Positions 19,161-27,983 of a stretch of 64,000 bases of DNA are shown piece by piece. The position numbers were made by a program, and so were the translations under genes. Under the pieces are notes generated by a model. It searched no databases, was not told the DNA's origin, and saw only the letters and a program-made list of their open reading frames with translations. The first letter of the stretch is position 1. Each line of letters starts with the position of its first letter. Where the stretch lies: IMG/VR virus record IMGVR_UViG_3300020204_000005. One strand, written 5' to 3'. Source of the stretch: a virus.

Positions 19161-19443
19161 ATGAAGTTTATATTAATGATATTAGTTTTTTTAATGTCAT
19201 TTGTAACTGTAGGACAAGTATCAGGTAGGTATTCTTTCTCATCATCAAGTGGAACATATACACCAATAACAGGTGGTGTTAATTATGATAATTTTACCAA
19301 TTGGAATAATACCGCGTATTCAGGAACATTACCTAATAGTACCGCAGGTTTTTTAGATGATAATGTATCATCCGCTTTATTACCTATAGGGTTTAATTTT
19401 TGAGGTGTATGAAGACGGGACAATGAAAAAAATAATTAGGTAA
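19161..19443 (+). pseudogene. Internally deleted remnant of a signal-peptide / T9SS-cargo-like gene
   Basis: 80-aa ORF with a signal peptide ends IGFNF-TGA (19403). The +1 frame at 19399-19443 reads FEVYEDGTMKKIIR-TAA, which is directly followed by a terminator. Confidence 0.55.
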
Positions 19444-19461
19444 AGTGGGGAAACCCACTTT
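19442..19461 (+). terminator. Rho-independent terminator
   Basis: AAAGTGGG-GAAA-CCCACTTT then T-rich. Confidence 0.75.
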
Positions 19462-19531
19462 TCTTTTTAGATAATGAATTCTAAATGTTTTTTTTTAACT
19501 AATAAGATATTTATTTATAAACAATGTAATT

Positions 19532-20551
19532 ATGAAAAAATTGTATTTTCTAAATGAAGAAGAAAAAGAAAGAATTTTAAAACTTCATAAGAGTGCCACA
19601 AGAAAACAATACATAACCGAAGACATGGATAATAGAATGTGTGAGGGATGTGGTAAATCAGATATGTATGAATATTCTGAATTAGATGAAGCTGATGCGG
19701 GAGCGGTAGCGACAGGACTTGCTTTAGGTGGTGTTGTGGGAGCCGCTTTGGCTTATGTTAATTCATCTGCAGGGTCTTATAATGGTGTTAAAAAAATATT
19801 TGACGCTTGTAATGCTTCAGGTATGGGTAAATCAACAATGAACGGAGGAACTCTCGATAGTATCTCAAAACAAGTGAGAACCGCAATTGATGGATGGGGT
19901 ACCGATGAAGATGCTATTAAATCGGCATTAGGACAAATCGCAACAATTCCTGATTTATGTGCGGTTAATAAAAGATATGCTGAAAATTACCCTGGTAGTA
20001 CATTATTAGGTGATTTAGATGGTGATATCGATAGTGATAGTGAATGGAATAAATATGTATACCAACCATTATTAGCAGCTAAAAGAAAATCAGAAGAACT
20101 TGGAGCAGGAAAATCTTCAGGAGGAGGTATGTTCGGAGCAATTTCAAGAAGTGCTAAAGCCGCGATGATTGCGTCTATGGTTAAATGGCAACCTTCGTGG
20201 GCTAAATATAAATGTATCCTTAACAATAAGGACGCTAAACCAGGTAAAATGTCTAATGGTAGTTATGCAATCACAATCGGTGGTTCTGTTTATTATGACA
20301 ACGGAAGATATAAAGCTCCTGATGGTACTATGAAATCGTATACATGTCCTGGCTCAACAGTAACCCCAACAACCTCAAGTAAAACTTCTACATCAAGTAA
20401 AACCTCAACAACAGGTAAAACCGCAACTAAAACACCAAGTCCTGTGGCTCAATCCAATGTAAAACAAGTCCAAAAACTTGTTGGAGTTGCGGAAACAGGT
20501 GTGTTTGATGATGTGACTGCTAAGGCAGTTAGAACTAAATTAGGAATTTAA
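19532..20551 (+). CDS. Putative virion-packaged protein: leader + Gly-rich hydrophobic helix + annexin-like repeat + PG-binding-like C-terminus
   Basis: MKKLYFLNEEEKERIL leader; AGAVATGLALGGVVGAALAYV; AIDGWGTDEDAIKSAL...LLGDLDGD; VKQVQKLVGVAETGVFDDVT. Confidence 0.6.
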   Translation: MKKLYFLNEEEKERILKLHKSATRKQYITEDMDNRMCEGCGKSDMYEYSELDEADAGAVATGLALGGVVGAALAYVNSSAGSYNGVKKIFDACNASGMGKSTMNGGTLDSISKQVRTAIDGWGTDEDAIKSALGQIATIPDLCAVNKRYAENYPGSTLLGDLDGDIDSDSEWNKYVYQPLLAAKRKSEELGAGKSSGGGMFGAISRSAKAAMIASMVKWQPSWAKYKCILNNKDAKPGKMSNGSYAITIGGSVYYDNGRYKAPDGTMKSYTCPGSTVTPTTSSKTSTSSKTSTTGKTATKTPSPVAQSNVKQVQKLVGVAETGVFDDVTAKAVRTKLGI

Positions 20552-20572
20552 TAAATTAAGAAAAATATAATC

Positions 20573-21028
20573 ATGAAAAGATTAATTATAACTGAAGAAG
20601 AAAAAAGAAGTATTCTTTTAAAACACGGTAGTAAATCATTTTTAAATGAGGCTGCTAAAGACGATATTATGGCAATACAAAAATCTTTAGGTTTAACTGC
20701 GGATGGTGTGGCAGGACCTAAAACAATCTCATCTATTATCGCAAAATTAGGTGGAGGTTCATCAGCGGCGGCGACCAATAAAACCGCAACACCTACGACA
20801 CCTGCAACACCAACAACCCCTACTACACCTACTACACCAACAACCCCTACTACACCTACTACACCAACAACCCCTACTACACCTACTACACCTGCCGCGG
20901 CTACCACTACAACATTCTCAGCGGCACCTGTTGCGGGGGCAACAACTTTAGAACAAGCTTGTGGTACAAGAAAAACTAATAAAGACTATAGACTTTGTAA
21001 AAAAGTATTTAACAAAACTACCAAATAA
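20573..21028 (+). CDS. PG-binding-domain protein with PTT repeat
   Basis: MKRLIITEEEKRSIL leader; IMAIQKSLGLTADGVAGPKT; (PTT)n linker. Confidence 0.7.
   Translation: MKRLIITEEEKRSILLKHGSKSFLNEAAKDDIMAIQKSLGLTADGVAGPKTISSIIAKLGGGSSAAATNKTATPTTPATPTTPTTPTTPTTPTTPTTPTTPTTPTTPAAATTTTFSAAPVAGATTLEQACGTRKTNKDYRLCKKVFNKTTK
20807..20887 (+). repeat. 3 x 27-bp coding tandem repeat (TPTTPTTPT)
   Basis: ACACCAACAACCCCTACTACACCTACT repeated three times. Confidence 0.8.
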
Positions 21029-21030
21029 TT

Positions 21031-21534
21031 ATGAAAAATACTAATATACTTAAAGAAATAAATGAAATGAAATATCTCTTTGACTATAGGAGAGGTAAAG
21101 TTATTTCTGAACAAGAAAGTTCTGATGTGACAGATTTTGTGGTTGGTGGTAAACAAGAAGTTAGTGTTGGACCTAAAACTGTTGCTCCGACCGTATCAAG
21201 CACTCCTTCAACAACTACTAAAACAACTAGAAAAGCCACAGGTTTAGAAGTTCAAAAATTACTCAATACAAAATTTAGTGCTGGTTTAAAAGAGGATGGT
21301 AGAGTTGGTCCTTTAACTCTTGGTGCAATTATGAACGCTCTCGAGGGTTCATCAGGTTCATCTGCAGGAACCTCAACAGGAGTATCCACAACACCTACTA
21401 CTACAGTAGCGGGTGGTTCAGTAACTTCAACAACTACGGTTGCTGGCTCAACAACACAAACTTCAACCGACGCAGCATCAGGAGGTGGTGGTATAGACCC
21501 TAATGTGGTGGGACAAGAATTTAATTTTGGTTAA
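21031..21534 (+). CDS. PG-binding-domain protein, Thr/Ser/Gly-rich
   Basis: LKEINEMKYLFDY leader; EVQKLLN...LKEDGRVGPLT. Confidence 0.65.
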   Translation: MKNTNILKEINEMKYLFDYRRGKVISEQESSDVTDFVVGGKQEVSVGPKTVAPTVSSTPSTTTKTTRKATGLEVQKLLNTKFSAGLKEDGRVGPLTLGAIMNALEGSSGSSAGTSTGVSTTPTTTVAGGSVTSTTTVAGSTTQTSTDAASGGGGIDPNVVGQEFNFG

Positions 21535-21554
21535 AAAATAAAATATAGTATAAT

Positions 21555-21584
21555 AAAAAGACCGACTACAAATCGGTCTTTTTT
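21555..21584. terminator. Bidirectional terminator between convergent genes
   Basis: AAAAAGACCGA-CTACAAA-TCGGTCTTTTT. Confidence 0.8.
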
Positions 21585-21585
21585 A

Positions 21586-21822
21586 TTATATGTCATCTTC
21601 AGTTCCCTTCCCAACTTGTTCCCTACTTAATACTCTAATACATTTAGAAATAACTTCAGACTCACCAAGAGTAAAGGCACTCATATTATGACAATATTTA
21701 ATCGCTTCAACCAAAAGATAAATTGCTCTGTCCTTATCCATAGTATCGAGTAATACCTCTAAATGATTTTCATCTTGTAGTTGTATATTATTAAATAATT
21801 TTCCGTATAATTTTTCTTCCAT
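21586..21822 (-). CDS. hypothetical protein
   Basis: ORF track. Confidence 0.65.
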   Translation of the reverse strand: MEEKLYGKLFNNIQLQDENHLEVLLDTMDKDRAIYLLVEAIKYCHNMSAFTLGESEVISKCIRVLSREQVGKGTEDDI

Positions 21823-21826
21823 AATT

Positions 21827-22240
21827 TTAATTTAATGAACCGTTAACCTTTTCCAAAATTGTATGTAAGGAATAGTTTATTTGAGACTTAATTTGATTTT
21901 CTAAATCAATTCTTATTTTTTCTGTTTTATTATCATACATATTTGTTAATCTATCCCAATCCCTCTGTACTAATCTAACATCATAATGATATACATGATT
22001 AGTCATACTTACTCGTCTATCATCTAAAATAACAAATAAATCAAGAGTTGTATTTCTGATATAACGTTTACCTGATAGAGGAGCGATTAAAAACTTAGAA
22101 TCGTCATGTCTAATTAAACCTCTACAAATACTAACACAAGTCCTTTCATTTTCCGACAATTCATCATCCTCAGACTTCATGAATTTATATTTTAATAATA
22201 ATGACCACTTAACGTACAACCTTTTAAAAATTCTCCTCAT
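21827..22240 (-). CDS. hypothetical protein
   Basis: ORF track 21827..22261; likely start MRRIF at 22240. Confidence 0.6.
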   Translation of the reverse strand: MRRIFKRLYVKWSLLLKYKFMKSEDDELSENERTCVSICRGLIRHDDSKFLIAPLSGKRYIRNTTLDLFVILDDRRVSMTNHVYHYDVRLVQRDWDRLTNMYDNKTEKIRIDLENQIKSQINYSLHTILEKVNGSLN

Positions 22241-22334
22241 AATTTTATTTTTTATATTCAATTAAGTATAGGATAAAATATTGATAAAAACAGGTCTTGT
22301 TAAAAGTTTTTACATTATTAAAATATTTATAGAT

Positions 22335-22958
22335 ATGGATGAATGGATTGACGTTAATAAATTACCAATAAATGAAGCAACGATGACTTCATTAACTGCA
22401 GGTGTTTATAACGGTCCACAAGAATTAGGTATAAAAAAATGGAAAAAATCCGAAATGGGTCCATTTTACGTAAGTTTAAAAAATGAACTTAATAAACTTA
22501 GTAAACAAAAAACTCTAAAGAATAATAAAGCTCGTGTAGTAGGAATGTGGGAAAAAGGTACTGATGGTACTTACGATGTTCCGACACATGATGTACACAC
22601 TATTAATGAAGATTTAGCGGTTTGGTTTGGTACTAAAAAGAAACCAAAAGGTTCTTCACAACCAAAAGGTCCTTGGGTTAACATATGTCGTAAAGATAAG
22701 GACGGTAAACATCCTCCATGTGGAAGGCCTAATACTGATAAAGGTGCGTACCCTAAGTGTAGAGCGGCGGGTGTTGCGGGTAAAATGTCTGATTCACAAA
22801 AGAAAGCGGCGTGTCAACAAAAAAGAGCGGCTGAGAAAAAAGATACACAAAGTGGTAAAGGTCAAAAACCTGTGATGACATCATACAAACCAAAAAAGAA
22901 AAAGACTCTTGAGGAGTCTTTATCTAAAATTATTAATAGAGTTTTAAATAGTCTTTAA
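22335..22958 (+). CDS. Basic, Cys-containing putative head protein
   Basis: ORF track 22281..22958; ATG 22335 follows TATTTAT at 22324; INE sites and C-terminal LEESLSKIINRVL motif. Confidence 0.65.
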   Translation: MDEWIDVNKLPINEATMTSLTAGVYNGPQELGIKKWKKSEMGPFYVSLKNELNKLSKQKTLKNNKARVVGMWEKGTDGTYDVPTHDVHTINEDLAVWFGTKKKPKGSSQPKGPWVNICRKDKDGKHPPCGRPNTDKGAYPKCRAAGVAGKMSDSQKKAACQQKRAAEKKDTQSGKGQKPVMTSYKPKKKKTLEESLSKIINRVLNSL

Positions 22959-23426
22959 CAAGTTAATAAAATTAGTCCACGTATTTAAATCGTTCTCATT
23001 TCTACCTATATTGGCGGAATAACAACATAATACAACATTTTCTTTAGTGTAACCTTTATTTCTATCTAACCTATCTAAAGAAGGTTGTTGGGGATGTTTC
23101 TTATAGTTTGATGGTATTAAAGGGACTTTAAACCAATAACACAAACCGTTTTGTTTTTCAAACATCTCATTAATATCACTAACCGTTAAAGTATTTTCTA
23201 AGTTACGATGTTTTGAATCATTTATTAAGGTATTTTGCCAAAGTCTTACTCTTCTTTCTTTTTGTTTAATACTCTCCTTGATTCTATGTTTAGGTTCTAA
23301 TCTTTTTTTTCGTTTATATTCTCTTGTATCAATTAAAATACATTCTTTACATTTACTACCTCTTTGTGTTTTATAAAAATCATTTTCTGACTTTATTTTA
23401 CCACATTTACTACATTGTTTATCCAT
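22944..23426 (-). CDS. HNH-like / EndoVII-like homing endonuclease
   Basis: CSKC...CKEC zinc finger; QNGLCYW, PSLDRLDRNKGYTKENVVLCC..AN; start taken at MDKQC (23426). Confidence 0.75.
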   Translation of the reverse strand: MDKQCSKCGKIKSENDFYKTQRGSKCKECILIDTREYKRKKRLEPKHRIKESIKQKERRVRLWQNTLINDSKHRNLENTLTVSDINEMFEKQNGLCYWFKVPLIPSNYKKHPQQPSLDRLDRNKGYTKENVVLCCYSANIGRNENDLNTWTNFINLLKTI

Positions 23427-23463
23427 ACTAATAAATGTATGGGTAAACATTAAAATACAAAAA

Positions 23464-23486
23464 AAAAGAGACGTTTAGTCTCTTTT
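23464..23486 (-). terminator. Terminator for the minus-strand cluster upstream of the HNH gene
   Basis: AAAAGAGAC-GTTTA-GTCTCTTTT with a long A-run on the left (U-run on the minus strand). Confidence 0.7.
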
Positions 23487-23491
23487 ATTTT

Positions 23492-23956
23492 TTAACAATA
23501 AGGTGGTGAACATCTCTTTTTACCATCGAGACCTTTTATCTTTCCTTTACAAACTTGTACTCCATGTCCATTACTATATGCACTGGGAAATACGTCGTAC
23601 CTCGCCTTGGCGGCCGCTTTACCACGAGCACATAATTTAGTACCCGTTTTCTTTCTACCTTCCATCATAACCATATCTTTATCATCTATATTCATAGATA
23701 ATTCCATACCATCTTTTTTTGACTGATTCATTATAAAATCAAAAACTTGGTCTAAAGTATTTTTAGATTCTGCAATATGGTCTTGTGCCCAATCGTGACC
23801 ATTCTCTAAAATAGATTCTACCATGTTACGGTCTAAATCTAATAGTAAATCACATTGTCTTCTCATTTGTTCTAAATTAGAAAAGAACATATATCTACTA
23901 CTTTCGTACGCCTCTTCCCTTAAAACTTTTTTTATAAGTGTATTTAAATTTTTCAT
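23492..23956 (-). CDS. Hypothetical with capsid-targeting-like leader
   Basis: MKNLNTLIKKVLRE|E leader; basic Cys-containing C-terminus. Confidence 0.7.
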   Translation of the reverse strand: MKNLNTLIKKVLREEAYESSRYMFFSNLEQMRRQCDLLLDLDRNMVESILENGHDWAQDHIAESKNTLDQVFDFIMNQSKKDGMELSMNIDDKDMVMMEGRKKTGTKLCARGKAAAKARYDVFPSAYSNGHGVQVCKGKIKGLDGKKRCSPPYC

Positions 23957-24264
23957 ATATTAAGATATTTCACATATGCTTTATCTGCATATTTTATGAA
24001 CTTTTCACCATATATTTTGGCTAATCTATCCATAATTAATTGGGGATTTTTTCTCATGTATCTTAAAATGTCAGCAGGGATTTGCTCATCATATTTACCA
24101 AATAAAGATTCAATCTCCTTTTCTCTTGGTTGCATTCTAACATTAGGTTCGACACTAAATTTAGAATTACCAATCTCGTCATCAAATTCTTCGTCAGATT
24201 CATTAATAACTCTTTTAATGATTCGATTTAAATCTGATTCCGTTAATCTTACTGTCTTTTTCAT
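23953..24264 (-). CDS. Hypothetical with capsid-targeting-like leader
   Basis: MKKTVRLTESDLNRIIKRVINE|S. Confidence 0.7.
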   Translation of the reverse strand: MKKTVRLTESDLNRIIKRVINESDEEFDDEIGNSKFSVEPNVRMQPREKEIESLFGKYDEQIPADILRYMRKNPQLIMDRLAKIYGEKFIKYADKAYVKYLNI

Positions 24265-24270
24265 TGTTTA

Positions 24271-24504
24271 TTAATTTGAACCTGAATGGTGTCTACGACC
24301 TTCCATCTTTTCATAATAACCCTCTTTAGAACCTTTCCAATCCCAAGGTAAGTCATTTTTAATATTATAATCTAATTGTTTGTCATCAACACCTTTAAGT
24401 TTTCTCATCAATTTTTTTATTAATGTTTCTTTTTCTTCTTCTTTGATGATTCTCTTAACAATATTATGTAAATCGTTTTCAGTTAATCTTATTATCTTTT
24501 TCAT
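24271..24504 (-). CDS. Hypothetical with capsid-targeting-like leader
   Basis: MKKIIRLTENDLHNIVKRIIKE|E. Confidence 0.7.
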   Translation of the reverse strand: MKKIIRLTENDLHNIVKRIIKEEEKETLIKKLMRKLKGVDDKQLDYNIKNDLPWDWKGSKEGYYEKMEGRRHHSGSN

Positions 24505-24505
24505 A

Positions 24506-24694
24506 TTAATTATAATATCCGTTTATCCCCCCTAATTGTACGGCATCTAATTGCATTACAGTTCTTGTGTTACCAGACGCATCTATACCATCAGTCCATA
24601 TTGGGTGTGGAGGAAAGACAGTTAAAGTATTCCCACTACAATCAAGTATACATAGAGGTTGTTCAGTGTTAGCGCTAAAAATTTCTTCGGCCAT
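24506..24694 (-). CDS. hypothetical protein
   Basis: 62-aa ORF packed between neighbours. Confidence 0.55.
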   Translation of the reverse strand: MAEEIFSANTEQPLCILDCSGNTLTVFPPHPIWTDGIDASGNTRTVMQLDAVQLGGINGYYN

Positions 24695-24695
24695 T

Positions 24696-26159
24696 TTATT
24701 TTTCGTTTACTATTTGAAACTTTATTTGTCTTTTATAGGTGTTCACCTCACCCGAACTCTCAACTTTTAAATCGATGAAATATTCGTTTGGTATTTTATC
24801 TCGAGTATCAAAAATAAAAAAGTACTCATTAGGTGTTCTGTTAACCATAGTCCATTGTTGTACCTCTACTTCAGTTTGACCTTCTCGAACATATACTCTA
24901 TAATAAATATCAACTTTTTGTAATAATTTTTGAGTTGTAAAGGATTGTTTTACAATAACCCCAACTTTTCTGACATCACTATTTAAAATTTTCTCATCTT
25001 GTTTGATACCATAATAGTCAAACCCGTATAATTTAGGCTCTACCGAACTTGTTCCAATTTGTATTGAGTTTTTAAATGGATATAGAGTGAAGTCATTTAG
25101 TATTGGTGAAATAAAAAAACCGTTTAATTCTAAGTTGTACCATTTATCTGAAAAAGTACAAGGTGTTTTATAACCAACTAATGGAGGTACCACAACTTCA
25201 TAGACACCATTGGTTCTTCTACATGTCGGTAGTCCCGTTAAAATTGGTGTTCCCGAATTATCTAATATATCTACTAATGGATTTGAGTCTAAGTTAATCG
25301 GATTACCATTTTCATAGAGGTATAGATATAATTTATTTACTTTACCTAAAGTGAAAAGATTCCTATCGTCATCAATTGAGTCATCATAATTAGTTTCTAA
25401 ATGAGGTTCGTAAAACGTTTGAGTGTGTCTTGTAAAAAATTGTACTTCATAAGCATCTGATAAACCTGTTAAATTTTCTAATTCAGGTTTAAATGCGATT
25501 CCCCATCCCGCAACATTAATTAATGAACCATCGATTATAGAATTGATTTCGTTAGTCATATCAAAGGCAATATTTTCATTACCAAATTCAAAATGTTGGA
25601 CATCAATAATGGTTAATGCACTAAAAGGTACATTCCCTAAATTTTTATTATTATAAATTCCTGGTTCTGACCAATCATCTATTGTTGTTCTTTGGTAAAA
25701 ATTTGATGGTCTATTAGAATAATTTCTATCATAATCAATCTCGTATTGTAAGTCGGCAAAATCATACCCAACCCCTTCGTCCCATAATTGAGGTGTCGAT
25801 GGGTCGTCATTAATATATGGTATTCTAAATAAAATTAAGTCAAATGAGGTAGCTCTTTGTCTTGATTGTGATGTTGTGGTATTTAATAACTCAGGGTTAA
25901 AAGTTGAGGTGTTTACCATTCGTAATGTATGTTTAACACCGTCACCTACACAATTTGTGTTTATTGTACCTTCATTTATTTTTTCTAAAAGAAGAGATAA
26001 ATCCAAATCAAATATAAAACGACTATATCCATTTGGAAATGTTGAGCTTGCTAGTTCACCAAAGAATATTTCAGTAACAGGGTTTCTACCTGTATTGGTG
26101 TAACTATTGGAAATTATAGTATTGTTCCTGCTAAAATATGAATTATTTATTGACATCAA
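24696..26159 (-). CDS. Putative structural protein (beta-rich)
   Basis: 487-aa ORF; TATTTAT motif upstream on the minus strand (26172-26178); next to the spike-like gene. Confidence 0.6.
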   Translation of the reverse strand: MMSINNSYFSRNNTIISNSYTNTGRNPVTEIFFGELASSTFPNGYSRFIFDLDLSLLLEKINEGTINTNCVGDGVKHTLRMVNTSTFNPELLNTTTSQSRQRATSFDLILFRIPYINDDPSTPQLWDEGVGYDFADLQYEIDYDRNYSNRPSNFYQRTTIDDWSEPGIYNNKNLGNVPFSALTIIDVQHFEFGNENIAFDMTNEINSIIDGSLINVAGWGIAFKPELENLTGLSDAYEVQFFTRHTQTFYEPHLETNYDDSIDDDRNLFTLGKVNKLYLYLYENGNPINLDSNPLVDILDNSGTPILTGLPTCRRTNGVYEVVVPPLVGYKTPCTFSDKWYNLELNGFFISPILNDFTLYPFKNSIQIGTSSVEPKLYGFDYYGIKQDEKILNSDVRKVGVIVKQSFTTQKLLQKVDIYYRVYVREGQTEVEVQQWTMVNRTPNEYFFIFDTRDKIPNEYFIDLKVESSGEVNTYKRQIKFQIVNEK

Positions 26160-26178
26160 TTACTTTATTAAATAAATA

Positions 26179-27756
26179 TCAATTAATTCTGATATTTTGA
26201 TTTAATATAGTATTTTCAGCATCTGCTAATAATTGGTCAATCTCAGTTGTACTCTGTAGATTACCCGCAGCTACGGGTACAGGTGGCATTGTTGCAATAG
26301 GATGTACGTGACCTTTTATAAATAACATTATTTTTCTTAACAATGTTATTAATTCATCTCCTCTAACTGTTGGGTAAGTTTGGTTTAATATAGTTTTGGT
26401 ACCTTGACCGATAAAACTATCTTGCTCTACCCCGTATAACGAATTTAATAATTTGGTACTTTCATTACCTCTTGGTCCTTCAGAGTCTTGAGATATTAAA
26501 TATAATCTTTGTGCCCCTAAAACCCCATAAGTAATAGCCGAACCCTCAAAATCAAATGGAGTAACTGTTGATGTAACAACTTCACTTTGTGGACCTAATA
26601 AGGCGTTACCATTTTTATTTTCTGAAACTAAAAAGAAACCGCTCGATACTTTACCAGGACTTAATTTTATTTTAGTGTAAAATTTAATATAGTTATTTAA
26701 TTCTGCAATATCATTATTGGTTTCCGTCGGTGAAAATTTATTTCCTTTTTGAAAAGTTGCGATTGATGGGGTTGTAATAAATGGAAATTGGTCTGTAACA
26801 ACATACGTTGGGTATGGGGATACATTGACGTTAGAGGTAAAAACACCATCAATATATTTGTTTATAATAAAGACTACCTCATCAAAACTTTTATTTGTAA
26901 AACGAATTTCATTTAACAATGTATAATCGGACCCTGGACTTAATTGAGTTATTGTTTTCGCTTTGAAGTTTTTAGTGTTAACCATATCAGAATTAGGTGT
27001 CACATTGTATACACCGACACTACCGTTAAAAACATTTTGAGTATTCTCAAGATTTTCAATATCCCAGATAACCATTTTTTTAACCACTTTAACAACCTCT
27101 TTTAAATTAACTCTAACTTCAGGTTCTAAATTTTTCTTAGTTCGACCAAAAATAGATAATTGTAAAAATGCTCTATTAGAATTACCTACAGGTGGAAAAG
27201 TACTTTTACTTAAAGGTTCAATTACCTTACCCGCCCTAATTAGTACTGTATCTTTTTTTACAATAACATCTGCACTACCTCTACCTAATAAACCGTTGTC
27301 TAAAGGTTCAGGAAAAATTCCATATGTTTTTGGTTTATCTCTATATGTACCATCAGGATTTCTTAAACTACGACCCTCTTTAATTTGGTCACCAGCCGCT
27401 AAATATTTCTTCGCACCCTCATTATACTCAAACGGGCTAGTTAGTGGTGATGAAAATGGTCCTTGTATGTAGAATTGATTTTCATATAAGAATTTTTTGT
27501 TCTGATAAATAATGTGAACATATTCTTTATTTTCAGGGACTTGGCTAATATAAAAAGGTAATAAAGGTAAGAACACAAAAGGGTCTTTTGATGTCCATTC
27601 ATCACCTTCTTTAAATTCTACTGCTTTTTTAGCTGATTCGTAATCAACATATGGTGCAGGTATAACTCTAAGTCTACCCAGCATCATAGGGTCCTTGTTA
27701 TCATAAACAGTCCCCTCAAAAATTATTTGATACTTATTTTGTTCGGTTATTTTCAT
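26179..27756 (-). CDS. Baseplate hub/spike protein (T4 gp5-like OB-fold N-terminus)
   Basis: GTVYDNKDPMMLGRLRV resembles the gp5 N-terminus; C-terminal GHVHP metal-binding tip motif. Confidence 0.55.
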   Translation of the reverse strand: MKITEQNKYQIIFEGTVYDNKDPMMLGRLRVIPAPYVDYESAKKAVEFKEGDEWTSKDPFVFLPLLPFYISQVPENKEYVHIIYQNKKFLYENQFYIQGPFSSPLTSPFEYNEGAKKYLAAGDQIKEGRSLRNPDGTYRDKPKTYGIFPEPLDNGLLGRGSADVIVKKDTVLIRAGKVIEPLSKSTFPPVGNSNRAFLQLSIFGRTKKNLEPEVRVNLKEVVKVVKKMVIWDIENLENTQNVFNGSVGVYNVTPNSDMVNTKNFKAKTITQLSPGSDYTLLNEIRFTNKSFDEVVFIINKYIDGVFTSNVNVSPYPTYVVTDQFPFITTPSIATFQKGNKFSPTETNNDIAELNNYIKFYTKIKLSPGKVSSGFFLVSENKNGNALLGPQSEVVTSTVTPFDFEGSAITYGVLGAQRLYLISQDSEGPRGNESTKLLNSLYGVEQDSFIGQGTKTILNQTYPTVRGDELITLLRKIMLFIKGHVHPIATMPPVPVAAGNLQSTTEIDQLLADAENTILNQNIRIN

Positions 27757-27983
27757 TTTTTAATTCTTGAGTCGTATTCTTTTTTAACCGTATTATATGT
27801 TAATTCTAACTTATCTAAATGTTGTGTTAATTTAATAACCGTTTCTTTAGTAAGATTAAAATCTTCATTAATAAAGTCCATAACAAATTGTAAATCTTTA
27901 TTTGAATGTGATTTAAAATCTTTAATTATCTTTAATACCTTTTCAGCGTCTTGTTTTTTACTCATATTACATTTTTTTACCAA
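27753..27983 (-). CDS. hypothetical protein
   Basis: ORF track; coupled overlaps. Confidence 0.6.
   Translation of the reverse strand: MVKKCNMSKKQDAEKVLKIIKDFKSHSNKDLQFVMDFINEDFNLTKETVIKLTQHLDKLELTYNTVKKEYDSRIKK

Noticed and set aside
19401-19412. TGA readthrough or alternative genetic code to extend ORF 19161
   Set aside because: A second TGA follows two codons later, and TGA, TAG and TAA all end intact core genes elsewhere; the +1-frame scar explains the sequence better.
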